Notes: generated by a model from the letters alone, not told the origin. A stretch of DNA of 64,000 nucleotides from Candidatus Woesearchaeota archaeon (GCA_016214075.1 JACRPI010000036.1:2376-66375), one strand, 5' to 3'; positions 1 through 9,612 are shown, counted from the stretch's first letter. Numbers and translations: made by a program.

Positions 1-138
1 ATAACGCTGAAAAAAAGTCCATAATCAGCAACAGAGAGATAAGAGGTAAGAATTTTCCTGAATAAATATGCAAGAAAACTTCCAAGAATAATGAAAACAA
101 AAGAAAGGCTTATTCCACGGATAATACGTTTATACATG
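1..138 (-). CDS. Partial N-terminus of a membrane protein, possibly a Wzx-like polysaccharide flippase; the gene continues beyond the window start
   Basis: Reverse complement of 1..138 opens with ATG and translates to MYKRIIRGISLSFVFIILGSFLAYLFRKILTSYLSVADYGLFFSV, a hydrophobic N-terminus with an ARYLGPxDYGLFS-like flippase motif. Context: adjacent UDP-sugar genes. Only 46 aa visible. Confidence 0.3.
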
Positions 139-544
139 AATGGAAAGAGCACCTCGTCGCTATAAAAAACTTGTGCATGATGATAAAGATTTGTTTATGA
201 TGGAAAGCCAACAACAACGGCACAAGTAAAAACACGCACCCGCAAAGTCCTACAAAGCAAGTAGATGAGTTACGTTAAGCGTACGACCGAACGAAGTGAG
301 TGATTGGAACGTGTTGCAATTCATTACGAATCGAAGATTCGAAATGGTCGTACCCGATCTCGCTTCCAATTCTTTGATCTCTGATCAAAGTTGACTGAGC
401 TTTGCTCAGACTAAGGCGAAAGAATTGACACAATTCATCTCTTTTTATTTATGTAAAACAAAAAATACAGGGGAATTCAAAAGCAGTAAGGCGAATCAGG
501 AAAAACAGAGCAACTGAAAAAGCAATCGAGAATAATGAAAAAGA

Positions 545-660
545 AGGAACAGCTATCCATGGTTCCCACACAACAGTGCAGTACAACATGGAACGTGGGT
601 GTTCTTGACGGCTGTGTTCGAAATGGGAACAGGTAGAGCCACACCACTATGGCCGTTCAC
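545..660 (-). rRNA. rrf: 5S ribosomal RNA
   Basis: Minus-strand sequence GAACGGCCAUAGUGGUGUGGCUCUACCUGUUCCCAUUUCGAACACAGCCGUCAAGAACACCCACGUUCCAUGUUGUACUGCACUGUUGUGUGGGAACCAUGGAUAGCUGUUC aligns block-for-block with archaeal 5S consensus (GGCCAUAGCGG..CCCAU..CGAACACGGAAG..AAGC..CGUUCC..GUACUG..UGGGAA). A terminal helix closes GAACGGC/GCUGUUC. No ORF covers this region. Confidence 0.65.
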
Positions 661-679
661 GAATATGTGGATAACTGGT

Positions 680-694
680 TTATTTATAAAGGTT
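680..694 (-). promoter_or_regulatory. TATA box (minus-strand CCTTTATAAATAAACC) about 25 nt upstream of the 5S rRNA 5' end
   Basis: Plus strand 681-694 ggtttatttataaagg; archaeal BRE/TATA spacing relative to the 5S start at about 658-660. Confidence 0.5.
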
Positions 695-789
695 TTGTAA
701 AATCAAAGAAAACCGAGTAGAAAAGAACCAGACAACTTATAGAATCCAAGAGCACAACCTATTTAAATGCTCCAAAGCCTCTCCGTCTC

Positions 790-2109
790 ATGAACATAGC
801 TATTTTTGGGTCAGGATATGTTGGTCTTGTCACAGGAACCTGCCTCGCAAATTTGGGAAACATGGTCACCTGCGTGGACATTGATCAACAGCGAATCGCA
901 AACCTCCAGAAAAACATTCTTCCTATCTACGAACCCGGATTGCAGGAATTAGTAACAAAGAACGTACAAGAAAAACGCCTTTCTTTCACCACAGACGCAG
1001 CAGCAGCAATCCAGCAATCAGATGTTATTTTCATTACAGTAGGAACTCCTTCTGATGAAAATGGAAAAGCAAATCTGACTTATGTTTTCCAAGTTGCGGC
1101 AACCATTGGAAAACACATGAAGAGCTACAAAGTAATTGTAGATAAAAGCACAGTGCCAGTAGGAACTGCAGACCAAGTTCGTGCAATCATCATGCAAGAA
1201 CAAAAAGAAAAGCATCCATTTGATCTTGTTTCAAATCCAGAATTCCTACGAGAAGGAGAAGCAATTCATGATTTCATGAATCCTGATCGAATTGTAATAG
1301 GAGTAGAGTCAGACAGAGCAAAAGAAATTATGACGAGACTCTACAAAGGATTAGAACGAACAGGAAAACCAATATTCATTACAGACATAAAAAGTTCAGA
1401 GATTATCAAGTATGCGGCAAACGCATTCCTCGCGACAAAAATATCCTTCATGAACCAAATCGCGCAGCTCTGCGAAAAAGTAGGAGGAGATGTCAAAGAG
1501 ATTGCAAAAGGTATTGGTCTTGACCAAAGAATAGGGTCCAGATTCCTACAAGCAGGAGTAGGGTATGGAGGAAGTTGTTTTCCAAAAGATGTACAAGCAT
1601 TAACGCATACAGCACAAGAAGCTGGAATCGACTTTCCATTACTGCAAGCAGTGCATGAAGTCAATAACAAACAAAAACAATCACTCCTTCCAAAAATACA
1701 AACACTCATTGGAGATACCAAAGGAAAAACAATTGCAGTGTTGGGATTATCATTTAAACCAAAAACAGATGATATCCGAGATGCGCCATCTGTAACAATT
1801 ATACAGCAGTTACTCAATGCAGGAGCAAAAATCAACGCATACGATCCAATTGCAATGAATGTAATGAAAAAATATTTTCCAACAATAGAGTACACAGAAT
1901 CAGCGTACGATGCAGTAAAAAATGCAGAATGTTTGGTCATCGTCACAGAATGGGATGAATTTCGCTATCTCGATCTCAGTAAAATAAAAGAAACAATGAA
2001 AAATCCAGCAATTGTGGATGGAAGAAATATCTACGATCAAGAAGAAGTAAAAAGAATGGGCTTCAAATATGTGGGAGTAGGAAGAGGAAACAGCGAGGAA
2101 CCACAATGA
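790..2109 (+). CDS. ugd: UDP-glucose 6-dehydrogenase (UDP-glucose/GDP-mannose dehydrogenase family)
   Basis: 439 aa. N-terminal Rossmann GSGYVGLVTG, catalytic GGSCFPKD motif, C-terminal UDP-binding domain. Overlaps next gene by 4 nt (operon). Confidence 0.9.
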   Translation: MNIAIFGSGYVGLVTGTCLANLGNMVTCVDIDQQRIANLQKNILPIYEPGLQELVTKNVQEKRLSFTTDAAAAIQQSDVIFITVGTPSDENGKANLTYVFQVAATIGKHMKSYKVIVDKSTVPVGTADQVRAIIMQEQKEKHPFDLVSNPEFLREGEAIHDFMNPDRIVIGVESDRAKEIMTRLYKGLERTGKPIFITDIKSSEIIKYAANAFLATKISFMNQIAQLCEKVGGDVKEIAKGIGLDQRIGSRFLQAGVGYGGSCFPKDVQALTHTAQEAGIDFPLLQAVHEVNNKQKQSLLPKIQTLIGDTKGKTIAVLGLSFKPKTDDIRDAPSVTIIQQLLNAGAKINAYDPIAMNVMKKYFPTIEYTESAYDAVKNAECLVIVTEWDEFRYLDLSKIKETMKNPAIVDGRNIYDQEEVKRMGFKYVGVGRGNSEEPQ

Positions 2110-3035
2110 AAATTCTCGTCACAGGCGGTGCAGGGTTTATTGGAAGTCAGGTCGTTGATAAGTATATAGAAGAAGGCCACACAGTTGTTATCGTTGACTC
2201 TTTAGTAGCAGGTGATGAAAAAAATATCAACCTTAAAGCAACATTTTACAAATGCGATATCACCTCGCTAGAATTAAAAACTATTTTTGAAAAAGAAAAA
2301 CCTGATGTCGTGAATCATCATGCAGCGCAGATGAATGTGCGAAAATCCATTGAAGATCCTATGTATGACGCGCAGACAAATGTCCTTGGATTAATTAATG
2401 TCCTTTCTTGCGCAGTAGAAGCAAAGGTAAAAAAATTTATATTCATCTCCTCTGGAGGAGCAATGTATGGCGACGCGCCAGTGCTGCCAACACCAGAGGA
2501 AACACATCCAACACCACTGTCTCCGTATGGACTCGCAAAGCACATTGGAGAACAGTATGTGCAGCTCTTCCATCGCTTGTATGGAATGCCGTATGTCATT
2601 CTTCGATATGCAAATGTCTATGGTCCAAGACAAAACCCTCTAGGAGAAGCAGGAGTCATTGCAATATTTATTGACAATATGCTCAACGGAAAAAGAGCAA
2701 TAATATTTGGTGATGGGCAACAAACACGGGATTATGTTTATGTTGCAGATGTTGTTGCTGCAAACAGCAAGGCGCTCACAGCAGGAGAAAATAAAATCCT
2801 AAATCTCGGAACAGAAAAAGAAGTTTCAGTGCTTGAACTGCACACGATTGTCCAGGAAGTTTTGACGACCAATGAAAAGCCAGTATTTGCAGAAAAAAAG
2901 CAGGGAGAAGTATTTCGTGGCGCATTACAGTGTCGTGCTGCGGAGAATGTTTTAGGCTGGAAAGCAACTGTTAATCTTAAAGAAGGCATTCAAAAAACAG
3001 CGCAATGGTTTAAAGAACAACGAGGCACACAATGA
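2106..3035 (+). CDS. NAD-dependent nucleotide-sugar epimerase/dehydratase (GalE-like, or UDP-glucuronate 4-epimerase)
   Basis: 309 aa. TGGAGFIGS Rossmann motif, YxxxK SDR-extended catalytic motif ([13 protein letters not shown]). Translationally coupled to ugd and uxs. Confidence 0.8.
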   Translation: MKILVTGGAGFIGSQVVDKYIEEGHTVVIVDSLVAGDEKNINLKATFYKCDITSLELKTIFEKEKPDVVNHHAAQMNVRKSIEDPMYDAQTNVLGLINVLSCAVEAKVKKFIFISSGGAMYGDAPVLPTPEETHPTPLSPYGLAKHIGEQYVQLFHRLYGMPYVILRYANVYGPRQNPLGEAGVIAIFIDNMLNGKRAIIFGDGQQTRDYVYVADVVAANSKALTAGENKILNLGTEKEVSVLELHTIVQEVLTTNEKPVFAEKKQGEVFRGALQCRAAENVLGWKATVNLKEGIQKTAQWFKEQRGTQ

Positions 3036-3973
3036 AAACATGCCTTGTCACAGGAGGAGCAGGATTTCTGGGAAGCCATTTGTGTACATTTCTCCTTGAA
3101 AAAGGACACCATGTTATAGCAGTTGACAATTGTATTACTGGCAATACAGAAAATATTGCGCATCTGAAAAATAATTCAAACTTCAAATTCATAAATCACG
3201 ACTGTACAAAACCAATAATAATTGATGAACCAATCCACTACGTTTTGAATTTTGCAAGTCCAGCGTCGCCTATTGATTATCAGAAGATTCCAATAGAAAC
3301 ATTGTTTGTTGGTGCATATGGAACCCAGCATGCGTTGGATCTCGCGAAGGAAAAGAACGCAGTCTTTTTGCAGGCATCAACATCAGAAGTGTATGGGAAT
3401 CCAGCAATAACACCACAACCAGAAACATATTGGGGGAATGTGAGTTCCACTGGACCACGAAGTTGTTATGATGAAGCAAAGCGCTATGCAGAAGCGTTAG
3501 TCATGGCATATCATAGAAAATACAAGATGGATACAAAAATAGTGCGAATTTTCAATACATATGGACCACGAATGCGAATAAATGATGGGAGAGTTATTCC
3601 TGCATTTATCAGCCAAGCCCTCGAAGGAAAACCATTAACAGTGTTTGGTGATGGAACACAAACAAGAAGTTTCAGTTATGTGGATGACCTCATCGCAGGA
3701 ATTTACGCGCTCCTGATCTCAACAATAAACGAACCAGTGAATATAGGAAATCCTGAAGAGTTCACTATGATTGATGCTGCAAAGAAAATAATTGCGTCTA
3801 CAGGAAGTAGAAGTACAATCACGTTCCAACCATTGCCGCAGGATGATCCAAAGCAGCGATGTCCGGATATTACAAAAGCAAAGACCCTGCTCAAGTGGCA
3901 GCCACAGATTTCTTTGGATGAAGGACTAAAGAAGACAATTCCGTGGTTTCAACAGCAATTAAAGAAAGATTAA
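3032..3973 (+). CDS. uxs: UDP-glucuronate decarboxylase (UDP-xylose synthase)
   Basis: 313 aa. [36 protein letters not shown] and the C-terminal pattern are highly characteristic of UXS. Confidence 0.88.
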   Translation: MKTCLVTGGAGFLGSHLCTFLLEKGHHVIAVDNCITGNTENIAHLKNNSNFKFINHDCTKPIIIDEPIHYVLNFASPASPIDYQKIPIETLFVGAYGTQHALDLAKEKNAVFLQASTSEVYGNPAITPQPETYWGNVSSTGPRSCYDEAKRYAEALVMAYHRKYKMDTKIVRIFNTYGPRMRINDGRVIPAFISQALEGKPLTVFGDGTQTRSFSYVDDLIAGIYALLISTINEPVNIGNPEEFTMIDAAKKIIASTGSRSTITFQPLPQDDPKQRCPDITKAKTLLKWQPQISLDEGLKKTIPWFQQQLKKD

Positions 3974-4041
3974 CCTATTTCTGACGAGAAAGAGAAGAAA
4001 ATACAACAAAATTTAAAAAGATCAAGACGTAAAAGGAGAAA

Positions 4042-4245
4042 ATGCCTGTAAAAAAATGTCTTATCTGTGAAGAAGAAGCGAAATTCGCTATCAAAAGCAC
4101 GAATGACTATTATTGTGAAGAATGCGCGCAAGATCAGTTTGGAGACATTTCTTATTTAGTGAAAATTGAAGAAGCGACACAACAGCAGGAAAAAAGTGTT
4201 ATAAACAAACTTGAAGAAGAGCAAGAAATTCTGAAAGAAGAGTAA
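4042..4245 (+). CDS. Small zinc-ribbon protein (CxxC...CxxC) with acidic C-terminus
   Basis: 67 aa. CLICEEE...CEEC four-Cys motif. Confidence 0.5.
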   Translation: MPVKKCLICEEEAKFAIKSTNDYYCEECAQDQFGDISYLVKIEEATQQQEKSVINKLEEEQEILKEE

Positions 4246-4399
4246 AACTACTATTGGACAATCTGTTCTCGAACGTTGAAATTCTTACCACAATAAACGC
4301 ATTTTTTCTTTTTGCCAAAAAGCGTTCCTTCTTTCAAAGGAAGATATTTCATCCGATTCTTACAGTTCGGGCATTGAAGAAGAAATGTTTGAGGCATAA

Positions 4400-5242
4400 T
4401 TATTCCAGTGAATGTTTTTTCTTATGTTTATGTTGCGGATCTTTTTCTTGCGTCTTTTCTGCGTCTTTTTCATAGCTTGCGACAAAAGAAGCTTCTTCTG
4501 GTTTGACTTCATCGTCATCGACCATTTCTTCGCGGTCAACTGCAGAATCAAGTTCCTGTTCCTCTACACCCTGCTCAACTGCTTCCTGATGGACTTCACC
4601 TGCATTCTGTTGTGCTTGCTCTGCAACTTCAGGAACAAGATCTTCTGGACTTTTTTCTGGAGAAATAACTTCAAGGAGATTTGATTCAGCTGCGCCTGCG
4701 TCTGCTGCTGCGCGCGCTTCTTCCAGTTTACGCTGTGTTTCTTCTGATTCCTTGACATGCGCGAACATTTCTCGTGCGGCTTGTGCGTCGCGAAGGTCAA
4801 AATAGTCAAAAAATTTCTGTGTTAATTTGAGCATGAATGTTCTACCATACTTTTCTTTGATAAGAAAACCCATTTTTTCAAGTTCACCGATGTGTTCATA
4901 CGCTTTATTCGTGCGAATCGCGATTACTTCACTTTGGGTGATCGGCTGTTTCCACGCGATCACTGCGAGCGTTTCCATCATTGTTTTCGTAAGTTCAGTG
5001 TTTGGATTGATTTTGCGAACAATAGAAAGGTATTTTTCTCTGGTAGTCAATTTCCACGAATCCCCTTCTTGGACAATCATGACTGGGCTTTCGCGGTCAG
5101 TATATTCTTTTTGAAGCTCTGCAGTTGCTTCTTTAATTGCGGCAGATGAAGCAGGAAGATGGAGTTTTAATTCGTCAAGTGTCATCTTTCTTCCGCAGGC
5201 AAATAATAATGCCTCTATTTGATTTTTGAGCTCATTGACCAT
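4400..5242 (-). CDS. scpB: Segregation and condensation protein B (ScpB) with acidic C-terminal extension
   Basis: 280 aa. Tandem winged-helix pattern EALLFACGRKMTLDEL...QSEVIAIRTNKAYEHIGELEKMGFL is typical of ScpB. Long D/E-rich tail. Confidence 0.75.
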   Translation of the reverse strand: MVNELKNQIEALLFACGRKMTLDELKLHLPASSAAIKEATAELQKEYTDRESPVMIVQEGDSWKLTTREKYLSIVRKINPNTELTKTMMETLAVIAWKQPITQSEVIAIRTNKAYEHIGELEKMGFLIKEKYGRTFMLKLTQKFFDYFDLRDAQAAREMFAHVKESEETQRKLEEARAAADAGAAESNLLEVISPEKSPEDLVPEVAEQAQQNAGEVHQEAVEQGVEEQELDSAVDREEMVDDDEVKPEEASFVASYEKDAEKTQEKDPQHKHKKKHSLE

Positions 5243-5294
5243 GGGAAAAATAGCAGTTTCCTACTTTATATGTTTTTCGAAGAAAAAATTTGTA

Positions 5295-6011
5295 TTAAAT
5301 TGCCTGTTTCCAAAGTTCATGAAAAAATGCTTTTTCACTATCGACAAGCTGTTTGGATTGGATGAGAATACCGGTAGGTTTTTCACCCCACGTGATAAAT
5401 GCCATTTTATTATTACAAATACTCACATTAGAAGGAATAGGGAAATCAAGATATTTCATTTTAAGATTTTTTCTATTTTGAAAGAGAGAACGGAGTTCCT
5501 TTCTAGCAAGTCCTTTTATCACAAGTTTTTTTGCTTTTCGCTTAGCGTCATATCGTATAAAGAACGTTTGGATTTCTCTGTTCATGCCTGAAACATCCAT
5601 TGCAAAGAAATAATAAACATCACCAGGCTTTGTATCTTCTATCAACGCGCTCAGCATGCTTATAATTCCTTTTGTTCCTTCATATACTTCTGCACCTTTC
5701 TTTTCCTCAGCAAAACGTTGTAAGGACTCCAGATGGGGCAGGATATCCTCAAGCTTTTTTTCCTTTTCACGATATTGTTCAAGAAGTTGCTTTGGGCTAA
5801 CTGCTTGGTATATTTTTATCTTTCCTTGGAATATAAAAGTAACAAGACCTTTCTCAATCAAAGAATGAAGAGTATTATGTGTTGTTGAACTTTGAAGTCC
5901 TGTTTTTTTTATAATAAATCCTACTTTAACTGCTCCCTGTCGTAATAAGAGGAGATAGATTTTTGCTTCTGCTTGAGTAAAACCCATTTCTTGTAAGATT
6001 TCCTGCTCCAT
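5295..6011 (-). CDS. TrmB-family transcriptional regulator
   Basis: 238 aa. N-terminal wHTH MGFTQAEAKIYLLLLRQGAVKVGFIIKKTGLQSSTTHNTLHSLIEKGLV matches TrmB-type regulators. Confidence 0.7.
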   Translation of the reverse strand: MEQEILQEMGFTQAEAKIYLLLLRQGAVKVGFIIKKTGLQSSTTHNTLHSLIEKGLVTFIFQGKIKIYQAVSPKQLLEQYREKEKKLEDILPHLESLQRFAEEKKGAEVYEGTKGIISMLSALIEDTKPGDVYYFFAMDVSGMNREIQTFFIRYDAKRKAKKLVIKGLARKELRSLFQNRKNLKMKYLDFPIPSNVSICNNKMAFITWGEKPTGILIQSKQLVDSEKAFFHELWKQAI

Positions 6012-6130
6012 AATAAGAAGATGTATTATTAATTATTTAAATGTTCTGAAGAACCACTCCAATTTTGGAGAGTTAGTGTTTATATGTTTAAGAAGTTTCC
6101 ACTAAGTAATAACAAAGGAGGCAATAGAAT

Positions 6131-6445
6131 ATGATAAATAATGTAAGAAATGTGATAAAAATAGCAGGTCTTGGGCTTCTGCTTAGTTCATGTACACCAA
6201 GAGATACGGAATTAGTTATTTCTCCTATTTTTAGATATCAACAGAGGGATTATAGTTGTAGTGGATATGAAAATGCTGCAAGAGAGTATGAACGAATAAG
6301 CATTTTTAGAAGAGACACACCAGAAATAGTTCCAATCATACATTATTGGAGAGATTCAGGAAAAATAGAGATAAACAATGGAAATTTAGATATTCGAGAA
6401 GCAAAAAACTTACTCTCTATATGTGAAGAAGAACTAGAGAATTAA
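6131..6445 (+). CDS. Small predicted lipoprotein (signal peptide + LLSSC lipobox)
   Basis: 104 aa. N-terminus MINNVRNVIKIAGLGLLLSSC. Confidence 0.5.
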   Translation: MINNVRNVIKIAGLGLLLSSCTPRDTELVISPIFRYQQRDYSCSGYENAAREYERISIFRRDTPEIVPIIHYWRDSGKIEINNGNLDIREAKNLLSICEEELEN

Positions 6446-6494
6446 GCTATTTGAAATAGGTACTAAATAGAAAGAATCCGAAAATAATAGAATA

Positions 6495-6851
6495 TTATCT
6501 CCTCACTCGTTTCACCGAAGCAACTCCAACACGAGCACTACGAATTAAAGTACTTGTCTGATGTTCTTCAACAACCAATCGCAAACATTCTTTAAAGTCA
6601 CGAAGAAAAAGCTGGACATGTTTATCAGCTTTATTCAATTTATAGAGTTGTGTATTCCCAATAATCCGTGATTTCTGAACGTATCTTTTTCCTTCAAAAA
6701 GAGCAATGACTTGATATGCTTTTGGTCTGCTAATGGTAAGTTCATATGCCATATCTCCAACAGCAACGTCTAAATCCTGATTCTCAAGAAGATACTCCAA
6801 AACCTGATTTTCGATAGTATCTCCGTACACATCACAAAATACGCCTTTCAT
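6495..6851 (-). CDS. Small winged-helix (MarR/PadR-like) DNA-binding protein
   Basis: 118 aa. DTIENQVLEYLLENQDLDVAVGDMAYELTISRPKAYQVIALFEGKRYV wHTH pattern. Start overlaps the stop of the upstream gene (ATGA). Confidence 0.45.
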   Translation of the reverse strand: MKGVFCDVYGDTIENQVLEYLLENQDLDVAVGDMAYELTISRPKAYQVIALFEGKRYVQKSRIIGNTQLYKLNKADKHVQLFLRDFKECLRLVVEEHQTSTLIRSARVGVASVKRVRR

Positions 6852-7111
6852 GTAATCATCTCATATATTTCTTGAATAGTGTGTGGATTTAAGCTAACAT
6901 GCCACTCAGATCCTTTCCCAGTTCGTTTTTTTAATTGAATAATATACCCAAGACGAATAAGATTGTATAACTCCACTTTACATTCTTTCTGTTCGTTCTT
7001 GGAAAGATACTTTGTTCTTGAAGTATACAATTTATCCAAAGGAAAATGTTTTCCTCCAATATACCTTTTGTTGACCAAAAAGGTAAGGATTGCTTTTGTG
7101 CCAGCATGCAT
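6848..7111 (-). CDS. Hypothetical small protein, translationally coupled to the wHTH gene
   Basis: 87 aa. No recognised motif. Confidence 0.4.
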   Translation of the reverse strand: MHAGTKAILTFLVNKRYIGGKHFPLDKLYTSRTKYLSKNEQKECKVELYNLIRLGYIIQLKKRTGKGSEWHVSLNPHTIQEIYEMIT

Positions 7112-7239
7112 AGTACTCCCTCACAAAGGAAGCACGCTTTTGTTGCGCCACATGAGTTAATATTTATTTACACATAGTAATAATATATTAACTATTTAAA
7201 TCTTTCGCGAAAAAAGAAAAAAAGCGCAATAAAGCGCAC

Positions 7240-8325
7240 TTAAACATCCTGCAATCCGCCTTCAGTCACATAGAATGCAACTTCTGCTTCTGGCAAGTTT
7301 GGACTGTCCACAAGTTTTGCAACTCTGCTGCCTTTCTTGCCTTTGCGCAAGTAGATCCTGAACGTGCTCGCGTGTCCCACAATGTGTCCACCAATTGCCT
7401 GCGTTGGATCTCCAAAGAACTGATCTGGCTTTGACATGACTTGGTTCGTTACATAAACACAGATGTTGTAGGTGTCAGCAAGTTTCAAGAGCGCGTGCAT
7501 ATGCTTATTGATTTTCTGCTGTCGATCAGCAAGCGTTCCTCGTCCAACAAATTCCGCTCGAAAGTGCGCAGTAAGTGAATCCACAACAATAAGTTTGACG
7601 TTCAAATGTTGCTGCGTAATCATTTCTTCAATCTTATCAACGAGGAGCATCTGATGGTCAGAGTTGTATGCGCGACCTACTTTGATTTTTTTGAGCACAG
7701 CGTCAACATCCATGCCCTTTGCAGCAGCGAGCTGTTTGATTCGTTCTGGTCTAAAGGTGTTTTCTGTGTCAATGTAAAACACTGCTGGATTTTCTTCTCC
7801 TTCAACTGCGAGCGCATTGACCGCGAGCATATGCCCAATTTGCGTTTTTCCTGCGCCAAATTCCGCGTAGACTTCAGTGATTGCGCCCGTTTCAAAGCCA
7901 CCAGCCATCATTGCGTCAAATCCTTTATGCCCTGTGGAAATCTTAAGGACACGCTCTCGTTTGAGCATAACCTGATCCCCACTTTCAAAGCCCATGTCCA
8001 GATTGTCGCGTGCGGCGTTGATAATTTTTCGCGCGCCTGCTTCAGAAATGCCTGTTGCTTCGACAATTTCTCCAGGCGTCGCAACAGCAATAGCCATCAC
8101 AGTGCCAAAGCCGACTGCTGTTAATTTTTCAGCAGTTGCTGGCCCAATGCCAGGAAGATCATTGATAGTGATCTGCTTGCCTGTTTTTTTGATAGGCGCG
8201 GCGTCTTCAATGTCTTGCTTTTCTTGTCGAAATTGTTCTTCATCGAATCGTTCTTCCATTGTTTCCTCAAATACTTGTTCTTGTTTACGCATAGGTATCT
8301 CCTCCAAATTTATATGTTCTTTCAT
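7240..8325 (-). CDS. radA: DNA repair and recombination protein RadA
   Basis: 361 aa. N-terminal HhH (LPGIGPATAEKL), Walker A GEFGAGKTQ, RecA-fold core, archaeal RadA length. Confidence 0.9.
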   Translation of the reverse strand: MKEHINLEEIPMRKQEQVFEETMEERFDEEQFRQEKQDIEDAAPIKKTGKQITINDLPGIGPATAEKLTAVGFGTVMAIAVATPGEIVEATGISEAGARKIINAARDNLDMGFESGDQVMLKRERVLKISTGHKGFDAMMAGGFETGAITEVYAEFGAGKTQIGHMLAVNALAVEGEENPAVFYIDTENTFRPERIKQLAAAKGMDVDAVLKKIKVGRAYNSDHQMLLVDKIEEMITQQHLNVKLIVVDSLTAHFRAEFVGRGTLADRQQKINKHMHALLKLADTYNICVYVTNQVMSKPDQFFGDPTQAIGGHIVGHASTFRIYLRKGKKGSRVAKLVDSPNLPEAEVAFYVTEGGLQDV

Positions 8326-8362
8326 CTACTGTGAAATAAAAAAATAAAAAATAAAAAAAGAT

Positions 8363-8635
8363 TTAAGCAGCTTCTCCTTCTTCAGCGCCTTCTTTGTTGA
8401 GCACAAGGAATTCATACGCTTTGTTGACAACGACCGCGACTTTTGGCAAGTCATTTAAGCGAAGAGAGCTCGTTGTTTTCCAAGAGCCATCTTTATCTTT
8501 GTAGCTTCTTTCCAAAGAAATAGTGCTGTAGGTTGTTGGTTCCTTTCCTTCAAACTCTTTGCCTGGAGTGTTCCAGACAGTTGCGCTGACTGCGCCTGCT
8601 CTAAATTTCTTTACTGGTCCTTTTTTTGTTTCCAT
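8363..8635 (-). CDS. PC4/YdbC-like single-stranded DNA-binding protein (hypothetical)
   Basis: 90 aa. AGAVSATVWNTPGKE...YSTISLERSYKDKDGSWKTTSSLRLNDLPK resembles the bacterial YdbC/PC4-like fold motif (R.S.W...SF.RSYKD..G.WK). Confidence 0.45.
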   Translation of the reverse strand: METKKGPVKKFRAGAVSATVWNTPGKEFEGKEPTTYSTISLERSYKDKDGSWKTTSSLRLNDLPKVAVVVNKAYEFLVLNKEGAEEGEAA

Positions 8636-8745
8636 AGTTCCACCTTCCTTTCGGTTTTTATTTCAGCAGTGCAGAGCTGGTGTATTGCTACACATGTCTT
8701 TCAACTCAATGCCTGTGGTGTAAAGATATCTATAACCAAAGTTCC

Positions 8746-8818
8746 TTATATACCTCACAGCAGCGTGTCGAGTGGAGAATTCTAGTGTCGTTTACCGAGA
8801 ATAAAAGCACTGGACAAA
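8746..8818 (-). promoter_or_regulatory. Duplicated BRE/TATA promoter module, copy A (shared with 23577..23650)
   Basis: Minus strand reads GACACGCTGCTGTGAGGTATATAAGG. 28 nt identical to copy B, followed by a further degenerate conserved block (gagaataaRagcac..gacaaa). Confidence 0.5.
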
Positions 8819-8957
8819 TGAGTTTGTCGAGTGCAGAATAACTTCGTTAAATTCCGTTGTTATACACAATAAAAAATTCAATTTTAAATTATAGAAGGAA
8901 GATTTTCTTTAATGCGATGAGAAAAGTTTAAAAATCTTTTATCAATAACAGAATCAT

Positions 8958-9323
8958 ATGAATAATGCAAAAATAACAAAACCTCGCGTTTATACAATGA
9001 GCTTCGCAAACGTTTACGCTTGTTATGTTACTAAGGCAGAAAAAAAAGGACGCACGAAAACAGAAGTCGATGAAATAATTCGTTGGTTGACAGGATATAA
9101 CCAGAAAGAGTTAGAAGCGCATATAGAAAAAAAGACAGACTTTGAGATATTCATTGTGCAAGCTCCTCAACTGAATCCTTCGAGAGCTTTGATTAAAGGC
9201 GTGATTTGCGGCGTTAGAATAGAAGATATCAAAGATCCAACTATGCAAGAGATCCGCTATTTGGATAAGCTTATTGATGAGTTAGCAAAGGGAAAGACGA
9301 TAGAGAAGATTTTGCGAAGATAA
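8958..9323 (+). CDS. DUF2200-family protein
   Basis: 121 aa. [37 protein letters not shown] matches the conserved DUF2200 N-terminus. Confidence 0.55.
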   Translation: MNNAKITKPRVYTMSFANVYACYVTKAEKKGRTKTEVDEIIRWLTGYNQKELEAHIEKKTDFEIFIVQAPQLNPSRALIKGVICGVRIEDIKDPTMQEIRYLDKLIDELAKGKTIEKILRR

Positions 9324-9501
9324 CACAGACGCACCGCTCGCAGGGCATCCCAATCGCAGCAAGCTGCGGGGTATTGCCCGCTCGCGATTCGATGCGTCTG
9401 TGGAATTGTGAAATTGGGTCACAGCAAGCTGTGGGGTATTATTTCGAGCTATGCTCGTAATACTACGGACCTTTGGTCCGAAGTAAACCCAAATTTCACA
9501 A
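9324..9501 (+). ncRNA. Tandem pair of about 85-95 nt structured elements (candidate sRNAs or a structured 3' UTR)
   Basis: Element 1: 10-bp closing stem cacagacgca/tgcgtctgtg enclosing hairpin cgcagcAAgctgcg + gggtatt. Element 2: closing stem ttgtgaaattggg/cccaaatttcacaa enclosing cacagcAAgctgtg + gggtatt (compensatory G>A/C>T in the inner stem) and ggaccTTTggtcc hairpin. Confidence 0.3.
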
Positions 9502-9612
9502 TAAATGTTTAGGTTGGGAGTAAAATAGGATATTTTAAACAAAAAGAAGACAATGAGACTAAAAGAATTATTGCCATATTTTGATTGGTGAAAAAATAGG
9601 AATAAGTGTACA

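Noticed and set aside
1018-2106. Antisense ORFs inside ugd (1018..1215, 1341..1946, 1900..2106 minus)
   Set aside because: Fully embedded opposite a strongly conserved enzyme. Low-complexity Cys/Phe-rich translations, typical shadow ORFs.
4254-4684. Small plus-strand ORFs (4254..4475, 4412..4684) opposite scpB
   Set aside because: Overlap the conserved ScpB acidic tail in antisense. Low-complexity translations.
7472-8347. Plus-strand ORFs overlapping radA (7472..7654, 7606..8124, 7994..8347)
   Set aside because: Antisense to a conserved RadA. Cys-rich nonsense translations.
9324-9410. tRNA gene in the hairpin cluster after the DUF2200 gene
   Set aside because: A 10-bp closing stem and internal hairpins do not fit a cloverleaf (no D/T arms, no anticodon stem of 5 bp with 7-nt loop).
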